NCBI GenBank assembly: GCA_964449585.1 | Contig: CAYUZE010000002.1 | Coordinates: forward strand, 52,833-116,832 | DNA from: an uncultured Gammaproteobacteria bacterium | GTDB lineage: Bacteria > Patescibacteriota > Microgenomatia > UBA10105 > UBA927 | DNA length: 64,000 bases | Direction: 5' to 3' | Shown here: positions 27,515-36,623 of the stretch, piece after piece | How positions within the stretch are numbered: the stretch's first letter is position 1 | How the letters are laid out: the number at the start of each line of letters is the position of its first letter | Program-made: the position numbers and the translations under genes | The notes under the pieces: generated by a model | Database searches by the model: none | Seen by the model: the letters and a program-made list of their open reading frames with translations, nothing else | Told to the model about the DNA's origin: nothing

Positions 27515-28696
27515 ATGCTTATAAAACCGGATATCGCGAGGTTTGCCAAAATTAAAGTCGTCGGCATCGGCGGCGGCGGGAGTAATGCCGTCAACTCCAT
27601 GATCCTCAATAACCAGATCAACGGTGTGGATTTTATTTCCGTCAACACCGATGCACAGGCGCTGTTACTTTCACAGGCCCAAAGCAAAATCCAAATCGGC
27701 GACAACCTGACCCGTGGTTTGGGTGCAGGCGGCAACCCCGATATCGGCAGACAGGCGGCGGAGGAATCACGGGAAAAGATTGCCGAACATCTCCGCGACA
27801 GCGACATGGTCTTTTTGACCTGCGGTGAAGGGGGCGGAACGGGAACGGGAGCTACTCCCGTGTTTGCCGAAATAGCCAAAGAAGTCGGCGCCCTTACCGT
27901 TGCCGTGGTCACCAAGCCCTTTCACTTCGAAGGCACCCGACGCATGGTATCTGCGGAAGAGGGGATCGCAAATCTTAAGGACAAAGTGGATACGCTTATC
28001 GTCATCCCGAACCAACGGCTCCTTGAAGTGATCGACAAGAAAATGACATTGGTCGAAGCCTTCCGCGTCACGGATTCCGTGTTGGGTCAGGGCGTGCAGG
28101 GTATTTCCGACCTTATCACCATGCCGGGTCTTATCAATGTGGACTTTGCTGACGTTCGCGCCATCATGACCAATGCAGGAAGTGCCCTTATGGGAATCGG
28201 CACGGGAGTAGGTGAAAATCGTGCGGCAACCGCGGCACGTACCGCGATTGCCTCGCCGCTCCTTGAAACGACCATTGAAGGAGCCAAGGGAGTGTTATTT
28301 AACATCATCGGCGGCAACGACCTCACGATGGCAGAAGTGGACGAAGCGGCAAAGCTTATTTCATCTGCTGTTGATCCCGATGCCAACATCATTTTCGGCG
28401 CCATCATTGATGAAAAATTGGTCGACCAAATCAAGATTACCGTCGTTGCCACGGGGTTTGACGAAACAAAGAAGCGCCTGCGTGAATTAAGCAGTAAGCC
28501 CGCCATGGATCCGCGGTACGGCGGAAGTTTCAGCAGACAATCTCCGACCTTCGGTAAGCCGACGGCGCAACCCGTCGCTCCTATGGAGCAACCCATGAAA
28601 CAACAGCCGCCCGTGAGTTTTGCTCCGCAAACTGATGACGCGCCTCCCGAAGAGGACGAATTCGACATCCCCGCATTTCTGCGCCAGAGGAGTTAA
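27515..28696 (+). CDS. ftsZ: cell division GTPase FtsZ
   Basis: '[16 protein letters not shown]' and tubulin signature 'GGGTGTG'. Confidence 0.95.
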   Translation: MLIKPDIARFAKIKVVGIGGGGSNAVNSMILNNQINGVDFISVNTDAQALLLSQAQSKIQIGDNLTRGLGAGGNPDIGRQAAEESREKIAEHLRDSDMVFLTCGEGGGTGTGATPVFAEIAKEVGALTVAVVTKPFHFEGTRRMVSAEEGIANLKDKVDTLIVIPNQRLLEVIDKKMTLVEAFRVTDSVLGQGVQGISDLITMPGLINVDFADVRAIMTNAGSALMGIGTGVGENRAATAARTAIASPLLETTIEGAKGVLFNIIGGNDLTMAEVDEAAKLISSAVDPDANIIFGAIIDEKLVDQIKITVVATGFDETKKRLRELSSKPAMDPRYGGSFSRQSPTFGKPTAQPVAPMEQPMKQQPPVSFAPQTDDAPPEEDEFDIPAFLRQRS

Positions 28697-28704
28697 CGAT
28701 AAAT

Positions 28705-29478
28705 TCACTTTTCGTTTGATATTGGAAGCTTTGGATTTGCCCAGGTAATCAAGTTCTTTGCGTTTGCCGCGCCGAGTATCCATTCAAATGCATCGTTTTT
28801 CAGGGTAACTTGTTTGCCGCGTATAGGGACGGTTTCTCCCATTTTTCCGATTTGAACAAATTGTCCGCCATGTTGCGATTGCAATGCCTCAAGGAGCGGT
28901 CCGTTTACGGAATTCACTTTAACCACGTGAGATATCCAATACGAAATTCTTTTTCTGTCCGGTTGTTCGCCCGGTGCCACGCGAGCCCGACAATCGATAA
29001 CTCCGGCGACAAACTCCGGGTCTTGTACAAGTCCGCGGTACTCTTTCGGTTGTACGGGATCAACTGTTCGTCTCCCAACGACACCCTCTGCTATCGCCAC
29101 ACGGTCTTCGGTAAAATCGGCACGTAGCCAATCAAGAAATGCGGTGATGATAGTGCGTCTTGATAGGGCGTCAGGTGCTATTGAGTTGGCCATATATACC
29201 GCACGGTCACCTCGGACAATCGCATAACTTGTGGAGCGCGCCATTCGAACTTTGTCGGTGCTTCCCCATAGCGCACGAAGTCTGGTTATCCGATCCAGAT
29301 CATCGTCGCCGTAAGCGATTTCGGGTCGTGCCTGGGGAGTCTCATGCCCATTCTGATGATTATGCACGATAGTGAGCTTCATACTGCCCCCGACTTCGAG
29401 AAAACCCGCAAGCCAGCGAGGGTGTGAGAAGCGAGGCATCTGCTCTGGCGAGATGGTGGGTTTTCTTTTTTCTGCCAT
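28705..29478 (-). CDS. hypothetical protein with two degenerate LAGLIDADG-like motifs
   Basis: 257 aa. 'WLAGFLEVGGSM' near the N-terminus and 'FVAGVIDCRARV' mid-protein resemble the two motifs of a monomeric LAGLIDADG enzyme. The catalytic acidic positions are substituted (G and R). Convergent with ftsZ, at the edge of an AT-rich islet. Confidence 0.4.
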   Translation of the reverse strand: MAEKRKPTISPEQMPRFSHPRWLAGFLEVGGSMKLTIVHNHQNGHETPQARPEIAYGDDDLDRITRLRALWGSTDKVRMARSTSYAIVRGDRAVYMANSIAPDALSRRTIITAFLDWLRADFTEDRVAIAEGVVGRRTVDPVQPKEYRGLVQDPEFVAGVIDCRARVAPGEQPDRKRISYWISHVVKVNSVNGPLLEALQSQHGGQFVQIGKMGETVPIRGKQVTLKNDAFEWILGAANAKNLITWANPKLPISNEK

Positions 29479-29664
29479 AGGGTTACGTCGGCGGCAATTA
29501 TAGAAGAAAAGTTAAGGAATTGCAAACTATAGGATATAATTGAGCCTGGTTATGTATGTCATGGGGAGGGTGACTGCAAATTTATGAGGTATTGCGAGGA
29601 ACCAGGGAGTGGCTTGGGACAAATGAAGCGTTTGTGTAATTTAATTACCTTTTAGAGAACATAA

Positions 29665-29880
29665 TCACTTCTTCGTACCAAAAAACCTTTCCTTAAAGAT
29701 CGCCTCGGTGAAATTATCGGCATCCTTATTAGACATTTCGTAAGTTTTGCTCTTTCCATCAGGGCCCTCTACTACCATTCTAGTTTTGCCATTAGGATCT
29801 GTAGGTAGTTTTTCTAGAATTAAAGTTATTATGACAATAATTAATGTAAATATAATAAACCCTATAAGTATTGGTGTCAT
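29665..29880 (-). CDS. small single-TM protein in AT-rich islet
   Basis: 71 aa, TM helix then a charged tail. Coding sequence about 25-30% GC versus about 50% for its neighbours. Directly downstream of the Cys-rich ORF. Confidence 0.35.
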   Translation of the reverse strand: MTPILIGFIIFTLIIVIITLILEKLPTDPNGKTRMVVEGPDGKSKTYEMSNKDADNFTEAIFKERFFGTKK

Positions 29881-29888
29881 ACTAATAA

Positions 29889-30104
29889 TTAGTATAGTTC
29901 ATAATAATATTTATTTACCAGTTTATAGAAATAGTCAGATTTAGTTTTTGATAAGGTTTTAGATTGACATTCAGCTTTGACCGGTTCAACGCATTGATTA
30001 TAGCAATACTGTTTATCCCATGAGTTTATTTTGTCTGAACATGTATTTGAACAATTACTTTGCATAACGCAATCAAATTCATTGGAGGAGCTCTGATCAA
30101 ACAA
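29889..30104 (-). CDS. small Cys-rich protein in AT-rich islet
   Basis: 71 aa with 8 Cys (CVMQSNCSNTC...CYNQC...C). Forms a two-gene unit with 29665-29880. Confidence 0.35.
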   Translation of the reverse strand: MFDQSSSNEFDCVMQSNCSNTCSDKINSWDKQYCYNQCVEPVKAECQSKTLSKTKSDYFYKLVNKYYYELY

Positions 30105-30333
30105 TGGATTTTGAGCAATGAGGATGAGCTTGGGTTTGATACGGTTGATCCTCGGTCAGATCGTGCATATCGAATAACGGTGGAGAAGATGTATCCGTCC
30201 CCTACATAGCAATCTTTTATTCCATATCCGCCAGGTCGGTTGTATGGTGCTTTACATACTATGACTATAAGATGTGATACGATACAAAAGACATGAAAAG
30301 TTACGTAGAAAAAGTACGTAGTGTTGTTTCGTG

Positions 30334-30360
30334 ACACCCGCCGCGGAGGCGGGTTTTTTG
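30334..30360 (+). terminator. rho-independent terminator with no + strand gene upstream
   Basis: Stem ACCCGCC(30336-30342), loop gcgga, GGCGGGT, then TTTTTT(30354-30359). Confidence 0.6.
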
Positions 30361-30382
30361 TGCAAATTGATAATGAAAGGAG

Positions 30383-31243
30383 GTGAACAAGATGAAAAAG
30401 ATTTTTAGCGGGGTACTCGTTAGCTTGGCCTTTTTGCTTTTTGTATCGACGGCGTATGCCGCGGTGAATTCGGTGACTCCCAGTACCAATGATATAAACA
30501 GATCAAACGGTTGGGCACACGTCGATCAGGTGAGTGTTGGTGTCGGCGAAGTGACGCTGAATTTCATCCAGCCGAGAAGTTTTGCCGCCTGTTTTGAATA
30601 TCGGACGGACGGAGACACGGATCAACGGTTAATGTCCGGAGGAGTATATCGGAATAACTACAATACCCAAGTAACCGACGGTCTGTATCCGTTTTTCTGT
30701 CTTAACAACAACAGTAGTATCCGTACAATAAATGCCAAGAGATACGTTGAAGTTCGTATGGTATTCGGCGCTGAATCGGATGAACGCTTTGATTGGACAA
30801 GATTTGACGTGCTTTACGAATATAAAGGCAAAGACGTAAAGAAAGCCACCGGGGGGATTTGGATGTCGGGACCCAGTCAACAGATGCAATTTAGCGCATT
30901 TGATCAGGGTTCAACCATGTTTGATAAAGGACAGGTTGAATACTGGAATTACGATTATGACGGTGTATTACATTACACGGCAACTGTTCAGTGTGCATCC
31001 GTCGACCATGAGTCCGGTAATGCACGGTTTATGTTCCAGATTCCTGAGGGATGGCCGGGTTTGACCGGGCTTTATGTGGTTGCCGCGGTGCATGACGGAG
31101 GGACGCCGGGAACGAACGGTGATACGTACGGTCATGCCGCTACCGGAGATTTGAGTACGGCAAAGACATGGTGTGAGACAGGTGCAGGCTTTAGCCCTGC
31201 CTTATACACAATCTCGAGCGGTAATCTGGTTGTGCATAAGTAA
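30383..31243 (+). CDS. secreted hypothetical protein
   Basis: 286 aa. RBS AAAGGAGGTG upstream. Sec signal peptide ending AYA-AV. No recognisable motif. Confidence 0.6.
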   Translation: MNKMKKIFSGVLVSLAFLLFVSTAYAAVNSVTPSTNDINRSNGWAHVDQVSVGVGEVTLNFIQPRSFAACFEYRTDGDTDQRLMSGGVYRNNYNTQVTDGLYPFFCLNNNSSIRTINAKRYVEVRMVFGAESDERFDWTRFDVLYEYKGKDVKKATGGIWMSGPSQQMQFSAFDQGSTMFDKGQVEYWNYDYDGVLHYTATVQCASVDHESGNARFMFQIPEGWPGLTGLYVVAAVHDGGTPGTNGDTYGHAATGDLSTAKTWCETGAGFSPALYTISSGNLVVHK

Positions 31244-31257
31244 GTTGTGTTAAACGA

Positions 31258-31300
31258 CAACCCATCGGAAGGTCCGGTGGGTTGTTTGGTGGGATTTTCG
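31258..31300 (+). terminator. terminator-like hairpin
   Basis: CAACCCATCGG-aaggt-CCGGTGGGTTG (10/11 bp) followed by the U-rich TTTGGTGGGATTTT. Confidence 0.35.
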
Positions 31301-31428
31301 CCGCTTTTGTCTTCCGTTGGACTTTGTGAAAGTAAATGAGAGAGAGTTATCGAATCAGCCGCTTTTGGACAAAGGTGTACTTATTTCTTCTCAAAAAAAG
31401 CTTATAGTATAATGCGCACCATTGCGCT

Positions 31429-31995
31429 ATGAATACCCAAGAACTCGCTCAATCAAATTTTGATGCGTATTTTGGCGACGGTCCTATCGGAGGTGCTTGT
31501 GCAATATGGCTACAGGGGAGTATCCGCATCCTTACCGCATATCACGTGAGCCATGACAGCAAAACGCATGAGCCTCGTGCGCTTATTCTGCGAAATAGGG
31601 TTGGGAATGCAACGTTTAGGAGTCTTGCATTCGAAAAGGTAGCCGGATCACGCGATATATCGCTTAGCGAACCCGTAGCGATGGACGAAGCATTTACCGT
31701 TGCTACGCACTATACACCGGGCATGGAATACGTAACTTTGGGGTCTCCGGTACCCTTGATGCCGCCGGCTGAGAGAGTGAAGCGTGTATCGAAAGAAGAA
31801 CCTGTTTTGTTGCGCCGAGCCCCGAGGGAGCTGATCGTATCCTCGCTCGGTCAGCGCGTGGATTTCGGTTTTTCAGGAAAGCCTGTGATTGATGCCGAAC
31901 GTAACGTTATCGGTGTTATCTCGGCAAAACGATGGATTCGCAGACGATGGTACGGAGTGGCGGAAGTACTGCGTCAATGGATATTCCAAGAGTAA
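31429..31995 (+). CDS. minimal trypsin-like (chymotrypsin-fold) serine protease candidate
   Basis: 188 aa with no signal peptide. Candidate triad in chymotrypsin order: His in 'TAYHVSH', Asp in 'GSRDISL', Ser in 'GFSGKPV' (GxSG). Perfect TATAAT(31408-31413) 15 nt upstream of the ATG. Confidence 0.45.
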   Translation: MNTQELAQSNFDAYFGDGPIGGACAIWLQGSIRILTAYHVSHDSKTHEPRALILRNRVGNATFRSLAFEKVAGSRDISLSEPVAMDEAFTVATHYTPGMEYVTLGSPVPLMPPAERVKRVSKEEPVLLRRAPRELIVSSLGQRVDFGFSGKPVIDAERNVIGVISAKRWIRRRWYGVAEVLRQWIFQE

Positions 31996-32045
31996 TGCAA
32001 GTGTGACGAAGAAATATCGATAGTGTACTATACGTTTTACAGAGT

Positions 32046-32705
32046 ATGCGCATTGATATCCTCAAACGTCTTCCCCGAAGATCTATTTCCCTTCATATTC
32101 TCCCGACGGGTGAACTGGAAGTACGTGCTCCCAAATACATGCCGGAGTTTGTTATCCGACAATTTGTCGCATCAAAGCAAGATTGGATAGACAACACGCG
32201 GCGCAGACTGGCATCCGTTCCCAAGAAGAAAGAAAGAGTGTATGAAGAAGGCGAATTGTTTCGATTGGGAGGAAAGGATTACACACTCCACCTCACGGAC
32301 GGCAGTGCTATTGTGCTCACCCCCACCCGAATATTTTTTCCCAAAAAATTTCTCGCAAAGCCGAAGTATCATATGGAACAATTCTGCCGCAAATACGCCA
32401 AGGAGTTTCTCACAAAACGGGTATCGTTTTTTTCCGAAAAAATGAAGGTTACCTATCGGCGGGTTTCCATACGGGATACTTCAAGCCGGTGGGGTTCCTG
32501 CTCGAGCACGGGAACCATCAGTTTTTCGTATCGGCTTATCTTGGCCGAGATTTCGATTATTGATTATGTCGTAATCCATGAACTTGCCCATATCACTCAT
32601 CCGCATCATCGTTTGTCCTTTTGGGCCCGGGTAGGGGAGTTTTATCCCGAATATGCATCGGCACGAACATGGCTACGCAAAAACGGCCATACACTCGTAC
32701 TCTAG
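32046..32705 (+). CDS. YgjP/DUF45-family zinc metallohydrolase (M48-like)
   Basis: 'SRWGSCS' and 'HELAHITHPHH' are the two DUF45 signature motifs. Confidence 0.75.
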   Translation: MRIDILKRLPRRSISLHILPTGELEVRAPKYMPEFVIRQFVASKQDWIDNTRRRLASVPKKKERVYEEGELFRLGGKDYTLHLTDGSAIVLTPTRIFFPKKFLAKPKYHMEQFCRKYAKEFLTKRVSFFSEKMKVTYRRVSIRDTSSRWGSCSSTGTISFSYRLILAEISIIDYVVIHELAHITHPHHRLSFWARVGEFYPEYASARTWLRKNGHTLVL

Positions 32706-32752
32706 TGTGCTTGATGGCAGTACCTTTATCCGTTGAGGTATAATGCATCTCT

Positions 32753-33256
32753 ATGAATTTTGAAGCAATGAAAGAACGGTACCCGTTGCAATCGGGAGCG
32801 TATCGTCGATATCTCCGCATGATTGTGCCTCAATTGGATATCGAACGGCTTGATACGGGATTACTTGTCGGGCATGAGCGTCATGTGGTGCGTACGCCCA
32901 TAACCGGTGACTTTTCGACGGTACTTCGCTATAAAAACACTGAGGCCGCTGTGAGTAGTTTTGAAGCCCGCGGCGATAACATGGTATTACAACAATTACA
33001 AGGAGCGAGGTCGAAAGTTTCATGGAGAGTGGCGACGGGGATGCGCTGGGATGATTTTTTGATGTCGGAAGCAATTGCCGTAGCTACTCTTCCGGAAAGT
33101 GGGGTGCGAAGGCTTGGTATGCCGCAACCTATTGATATTGAAAACATTGACGGAGCAAGATCTGAGCAGGCACTTGAACGATATAAGGCCTTTATCGTGC
33201 TTGCGCATCTCCGATGGTCCCAGCAGGATCAATTATTTGTTCGCGACTTGAAATGA
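32753..33256 (+). CDS. hypothetical protein
   Basis: 167 aa. TATAAT(32739-32744) 8 nt upstream of the ATG. No recognisable motif. Confidence 0.45.
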   Translation: MNFEAMKERYPLQSGAYRRYLRMIVPQLDIERLDTGLLVGHERHVVRTPITGDFSTVLRYKNTEAAVSSFEARGDNMVLQQLQGARSKVSWRVATGMRWDDFLMSEAIAVATLPESGVRRLGMPQPIDIENIDGARSEQALERYKAFIVLAHLRWSQQDQLFVRDLK

Positions 33257-33333
33257 ATACATGTCGGTATTGCAGTTTGCATAATTCGCTCACCCTCTTC
33301 GTATTGATATAGTTTGATATAATTATCAAATCT

Positions 33334-33645
33334 ATGTGCAGGCAAGGTGTCGAAACATATACGGCGGAAGATATCACCAATGATCTATTGGTTGGCGCGG
33401 GTTTAGAAACATTCAGTGAACGACCGGCACGAAAAGCAATACTTCATATTCACCTCGATCATCCGTCCAAACAACTTCGCCGGATGGTTACGGATCTCGA
33501 TGGCATACCGACGGGGCATATCGCGTGGTACCGCGGGAAAAGGTGGAAGGTTGCCGATGCAAAGGTGATTGATGAGGCACATCATCACGGGCATCAAAAG
33601 GACAAAGGATTTGCCTGCGATTATTACCTCGAGGAAGTCGTGTAA
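33334..33645 (+). CDS. hypothetical protein (His-rich C-terminus)
   Basis: 103 aa, 'EAHHHGHQKD'. TATAAT about 11 nt upstream. Confidence 0.4.
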   Translation: MCRQGVETYTAEDITNDLLVGAGLETFSERPARKAILHIHLDHPSKQLRRMVTDLDGIPTGHIAWYRGKRWKVADAKVIDEAHHHGHQKDKGFACDYYLEEVV

Positions 33646-33701
33646 CCGGACACGGGAAAAACTATTTGGCTCGATATCACCGGTCTTCTTATGTCTCTTG
33701 G

Positions 33702-34103
33702 TTAGGCATTTACCACGAGCGTTTTGGCGATCTTGTCATGCCAGCCCTGTTTGCGGGGATCCCAGCCGATCGAAAAATAGCCGAGACCAAGCACCAGGAA
33801 GGACAAATAGCTGGCGAGCTCCCGCAGTAATGCATCGGAATAGGTGAGTGATTTGCCGTTTTCTTTGACGATTTTCATTTTGAGGATCATTTTCCCGATC
33901 GTGGCGCCATAGGTGCCCACCATCCATACGAAATAAGCGGTCCACGTCAGAAACATAAGCATATTGACCCATGCGTTATCCATATCGATGCCGGGAATCA
34001 GCCAAAAAAGTGCGTATATGAGGAGTGAGTCAATCGCGTACGCCAATAACCGTTTCCAAAATCCGCCGTATTTTTTCATGCTGTTTTTCCTTTCGTCTCT
34101 CAT
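33702..34103 (-). CDS. RDD-family membrane protein
   Basis: 'WKRLLAYAIDSLL' and 'GATIGKMILKMKIV' match the RDD family. 3 TM helices. Confidence 0.7.
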   Translation of the reverse strand: MRDERKNSMKKYGGFWKRLLAYAIDSLLIYALFWLIPGIDMDNAWVNMLMFLTWTAYFVWMVGTYGATIGKMILKMKIVKENGKSLTYSDALLRELASYLSFLVLGLGYFSIGWDPRKQGWHDKIAKTLVVNA

Positions 34104-34201
34104 TGTAACATTTTACGATGGTTATCCGGTCACGTGCATCCTGCAGTTTCCTTTCAATGGACGTGAACAAGGTGTACTATTGTGACCGTTCTGCCCTCTG
34201 T

Positions 34202-34444
34202 ATGGCAAAAGAAGATGAACCGATCCGAATTGAGCATGACGACGACCTATCGCGGGCGATTTCGGAATTTCATGAAGAACGGGACGGTGCGGCGTTGCGA
34301 TCCGGCACAAAAGAGAACAATACGCTGACGGGCACGCGTGATAAAGCATGGGAAGAATCTCGATACCAATTGCCTGAGGGTATGACGTTATTGCAGTTCC
34401 TTCTTCGTCGTCGGAAGAAGGATAAACCTAAACGCGGCAAATGA
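34202..34444 (+). CDS. small acidic/basic-tailed hypothetical protein
   Basis: 80 aa from Met29 of the ORF-track translation. Weak evidence only. Confidence 0.25.
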   Translation: MAKEDEPIRIEHDDDLSRAISEFHEERDGAALRSGTKENNTLTGTRDKAWEESRYQLPEGMTLLQFLLRRRKKDKPKRGK

Positions 34445-34465
34445 CCAGCGCTTTCTGACGTATGC

Positions 34466-34813
34466 GTGTATAATAAATTCATGCTGATGCGGTTTCTCAT
34501 CAATGCGTTGGCGTTTTATATTACCGCATATATTCTCCCGGGTATTACCATAAGCGGATGGATTTCGCTTTTTGTGATTGCGATCGTGTGGGGGATATTG
34601 AGCGTGAGTATTAAACCGGTGCTTCTCTTGCTTACGCTTCCCATAAATATTCTGACGTTTGGGTTGTTTACCATTGTTATTAATGCCCTTCTTATGCTTA
34701 TTACCGGTGCGATCGTGCCCGGATTCAGGATAGACGGTTTCGGCACCGCCGTGCTTGCGGTTATCGTCCTGTCTGTCGTCAACAGTTTCCTCAATGCCCT
34801 GGTAAATAAGTGA
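34466..34813 (+). CDS. holin-4 superfamily (DUF360/YvlD-like) 4-TM membrane protein
   Basis: 115 aa, 'LINALAFYITAYILPGITISGWISLFVIAIV', typical of PF04020 members. Confidence 0.65.
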   Translation: MYNKFMLMRFLINALAFYITAYILPGITISGWISLFVIAIVWGILSVSIKPVLLLLTLPINILTFGLFTIVINALLMLITGAIVPGFRIDGFGTAVLAVIVLSVVNSFLNALVNK

Positions 34814-34906
34814 CGCATCTCCCTTTTGTTTCAGGTAGCGAGGCTACGTTTCATTCGGTGGGATATCGTACAGCAATGTGCCATGGGTGGCGTATACTGT
34901 CGCCAT

Positions 34907-35626
34907 ATGAAATATGTACTCATTTTTCTTTCCCTCGTCATCATCATCGTGGCGATTATCCTTGCCGGGATCGGCGTTATTCCGGGTCTTTCTAATCTAA
35001 TCGGAGCCGGACAAAAAGATCTGGGGATACGGTATGCGCTCGACGATTCACGTGCCGCATGGAAAAAGAGCGGAGGCACTGAAATAATTTCGCTTCCCAG
35101 TGATGCCTCTCCAGCGGACGATTTTCGGCTGGAAGGGAAGAAATCCGTTTCGTTCACCATGAACAGCACCGAACTTACCGCGCACTCAAATAACCGCTCA
35201 TGGAAAAACTATCCGGTGAAAAATATCCAGATAAAGATCCATGACGACGGAACTATAGAAAGTTCCGCGATCCTTCTTGTCGATAAAGCCATGCCTTATG
35301 CCATGGCGTTGGGGTATTCGGAACAGCAAATACGCGATGCGATGAAAACATACGCGATTCCGCCGTTTGCCGTACCTATATACGTATTGGGCAAAGGATC
35401 GGTTCGAAACAACTCCGTGCAAGTTGACGCGCGCACCGTAAAAATAGGTGCCATTCCTATCCCCGGTGATATAGTGGCGCGGGCAAACAAAGAGGCTGAA
35501 TCGGTGCTTAATGACGTGATTGCCAAACATGCGGATGCATTCGGTGCGGATGAAGTATCATTTGCCGACGGTACGATGACATTTGTCGGAGCGGTTCCCG
35601 AGAAAGAATACGTGATTACCAAATAG
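34907..35626 (+). CDS. membrane-anchored hypothetical protein
   Basis: Start at MKYVLIF with one TM helix, then about a 210-aa extracytoplasmic domain. Confidence 0.5.
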   Translation: MKYVLIFLSLVIIIVAIILAGIGVIPGLSNLIGAGQKDLGIRYALDDSRAAWKKSGGTEIISLPSDASPADDFRLEGKKSVSFTMNSTELTAHSNNRSWKNYPVKNIQIKIHDDGTIESSAILLVDKAMPYAMALGYSEQQIRDAMKTYAIPPFAVPIYVLGKGSVRNNSVQVDARTVKIGAIPIPGDIVARANKEAESVLNDVIAKHADAFGADEVSFADGTMTFVGAVPEKEYVITK

Positions 35627-35775
35627 CAATATCTTCTGAGACATACGTATGCCTCAATGCTCACATCGCGCGCGATTATTTCGTGTGGCAAACAACAGGA
35701 AGTTTTCTCTGCATGCCTGGTGCATTTCAGGAAAATACACAAGATCGGGTGCGTGCGAAATGTCTTGCAAAGGAA

Positions 35776-36120
35776 TTATCTGAGCCATCCGGGGAGTCGT
35801 ACACCGAAGCCTTCGAGTGTTGCGGTTATCTCATCATCCTCAACGGGTCTGCCGTAATCGTTTCCCGTTCCGTATTTATGGTGATGCTGATAACGGATAC
35901 GGGCAAGCTGGGGAAGAAGTCTCTCAATTTCCCGTAGAGTCATGAGATCCGACGTTTTGACGGTAAAACGCGTTTCCTGATTTCGAAATTTAATACCGAA
36001 TTCCTGACGGTACAGACTGCCGAACATTCGGGCAAGACCCTGTGTTTCCTGCATTTCCCCGATATCTATTTCCCATTTTGCGACGGTGCGGTAGCCCATA
36101 ACGGGATTATTATACCGCAA
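35776..36120 (-). CDS. hypothetical protein
   Basis: 114 aa, non-repetitive composition; the only candidate ORF over 60 aa in an otherwise gene-poor ~550-bp stretch. Confidence 0.3.
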   Translation of the reverse strand: MRYNNPVMGYRTVAKWEIDIGEMQETQGLARMFGSLYRQEFGIKFRNQETRFTVKTSDLMTLREIERLLPQLARIRYQHHHKYGTGNDYGRPVEDDEITATLEGFGVRLPGWLR

Positions 36121-36188
36121 TAAACGATTGTAATTCCCGTAACCCGCATTTTTCGTGGAGCGAGTATTCGGTTATAATACGGCGCCGT

Positions 36189-36497
36189 ATGATCAAACTC
36201 GAATGTCTGCGAGATTGCGATGCCGCCTGTTGCAAGATGCAACCGAATCATCGGGTGATTTTTGATTTCACCGAGGATGAAGCCGCTATGTTCCGGGAAG
36301 AGGGAGCGACGCTTGTCGAAGAAGAGGGCGGCGGATATACCATGAATGAAGATTGTATATTTTTACGGGGAAAATTCTGTGCATTGCATAACAAACCCGA
36401 ACAACCCCGATGTTGTGTAGTGAACAAGGCCGGCGGGGACCTATGTCTTAGTGTCCGACGATCGGTATCGGGCAAACGATGGAATGAGGTCGAATAG
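36189..36497 (+). CDS. YkgJ-family cysteine-cluster (putative Zn/Fe-chelating) protein
   Basis: 'CLRDCDAACC' plus 'CIFLRGKFCALHNKPEQPRCC' match the PF03692 CxxCxxCC...C.FL...C...RP..C pattern. TATAAT 10 nt upstream of the ATG. Confidence 0.55.
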   Translation: MIKLECLRDCDAACCKMQPNHRVIFDFTEDEAAMFREEGATLVEEEGGGYTMNEDCIFLRGKFCALHNKPEQPRCCVVNKAGGDLCLSVRRSVSGKRWNEVE

Positions 36498-36623
36498 CAG
36501 GCGCTTACTCAGGCAGATTAACAGAGAAGAATGTATAGCGGTTCTCTCATCAGAAGAGCAGAGCAGGGGTAATGAGAGATTTCATACCTCATGGAGGAGT
36601 TATGCCTGTTATAATAACTCGGT

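Noticed and set aside
29480-29664. Possible structured RNA or riboswitch upstream of the LAGLIDADG-like gene (GGGAGGGTGACTGC...GGGAGTGGCTTGGGACAAATG)
   Set aside because: No recognisable conserved riboswitch core. The only support is a short 9-mer shared with the 8.2-kb repeat (TGGGACAAA), which is insufficient.
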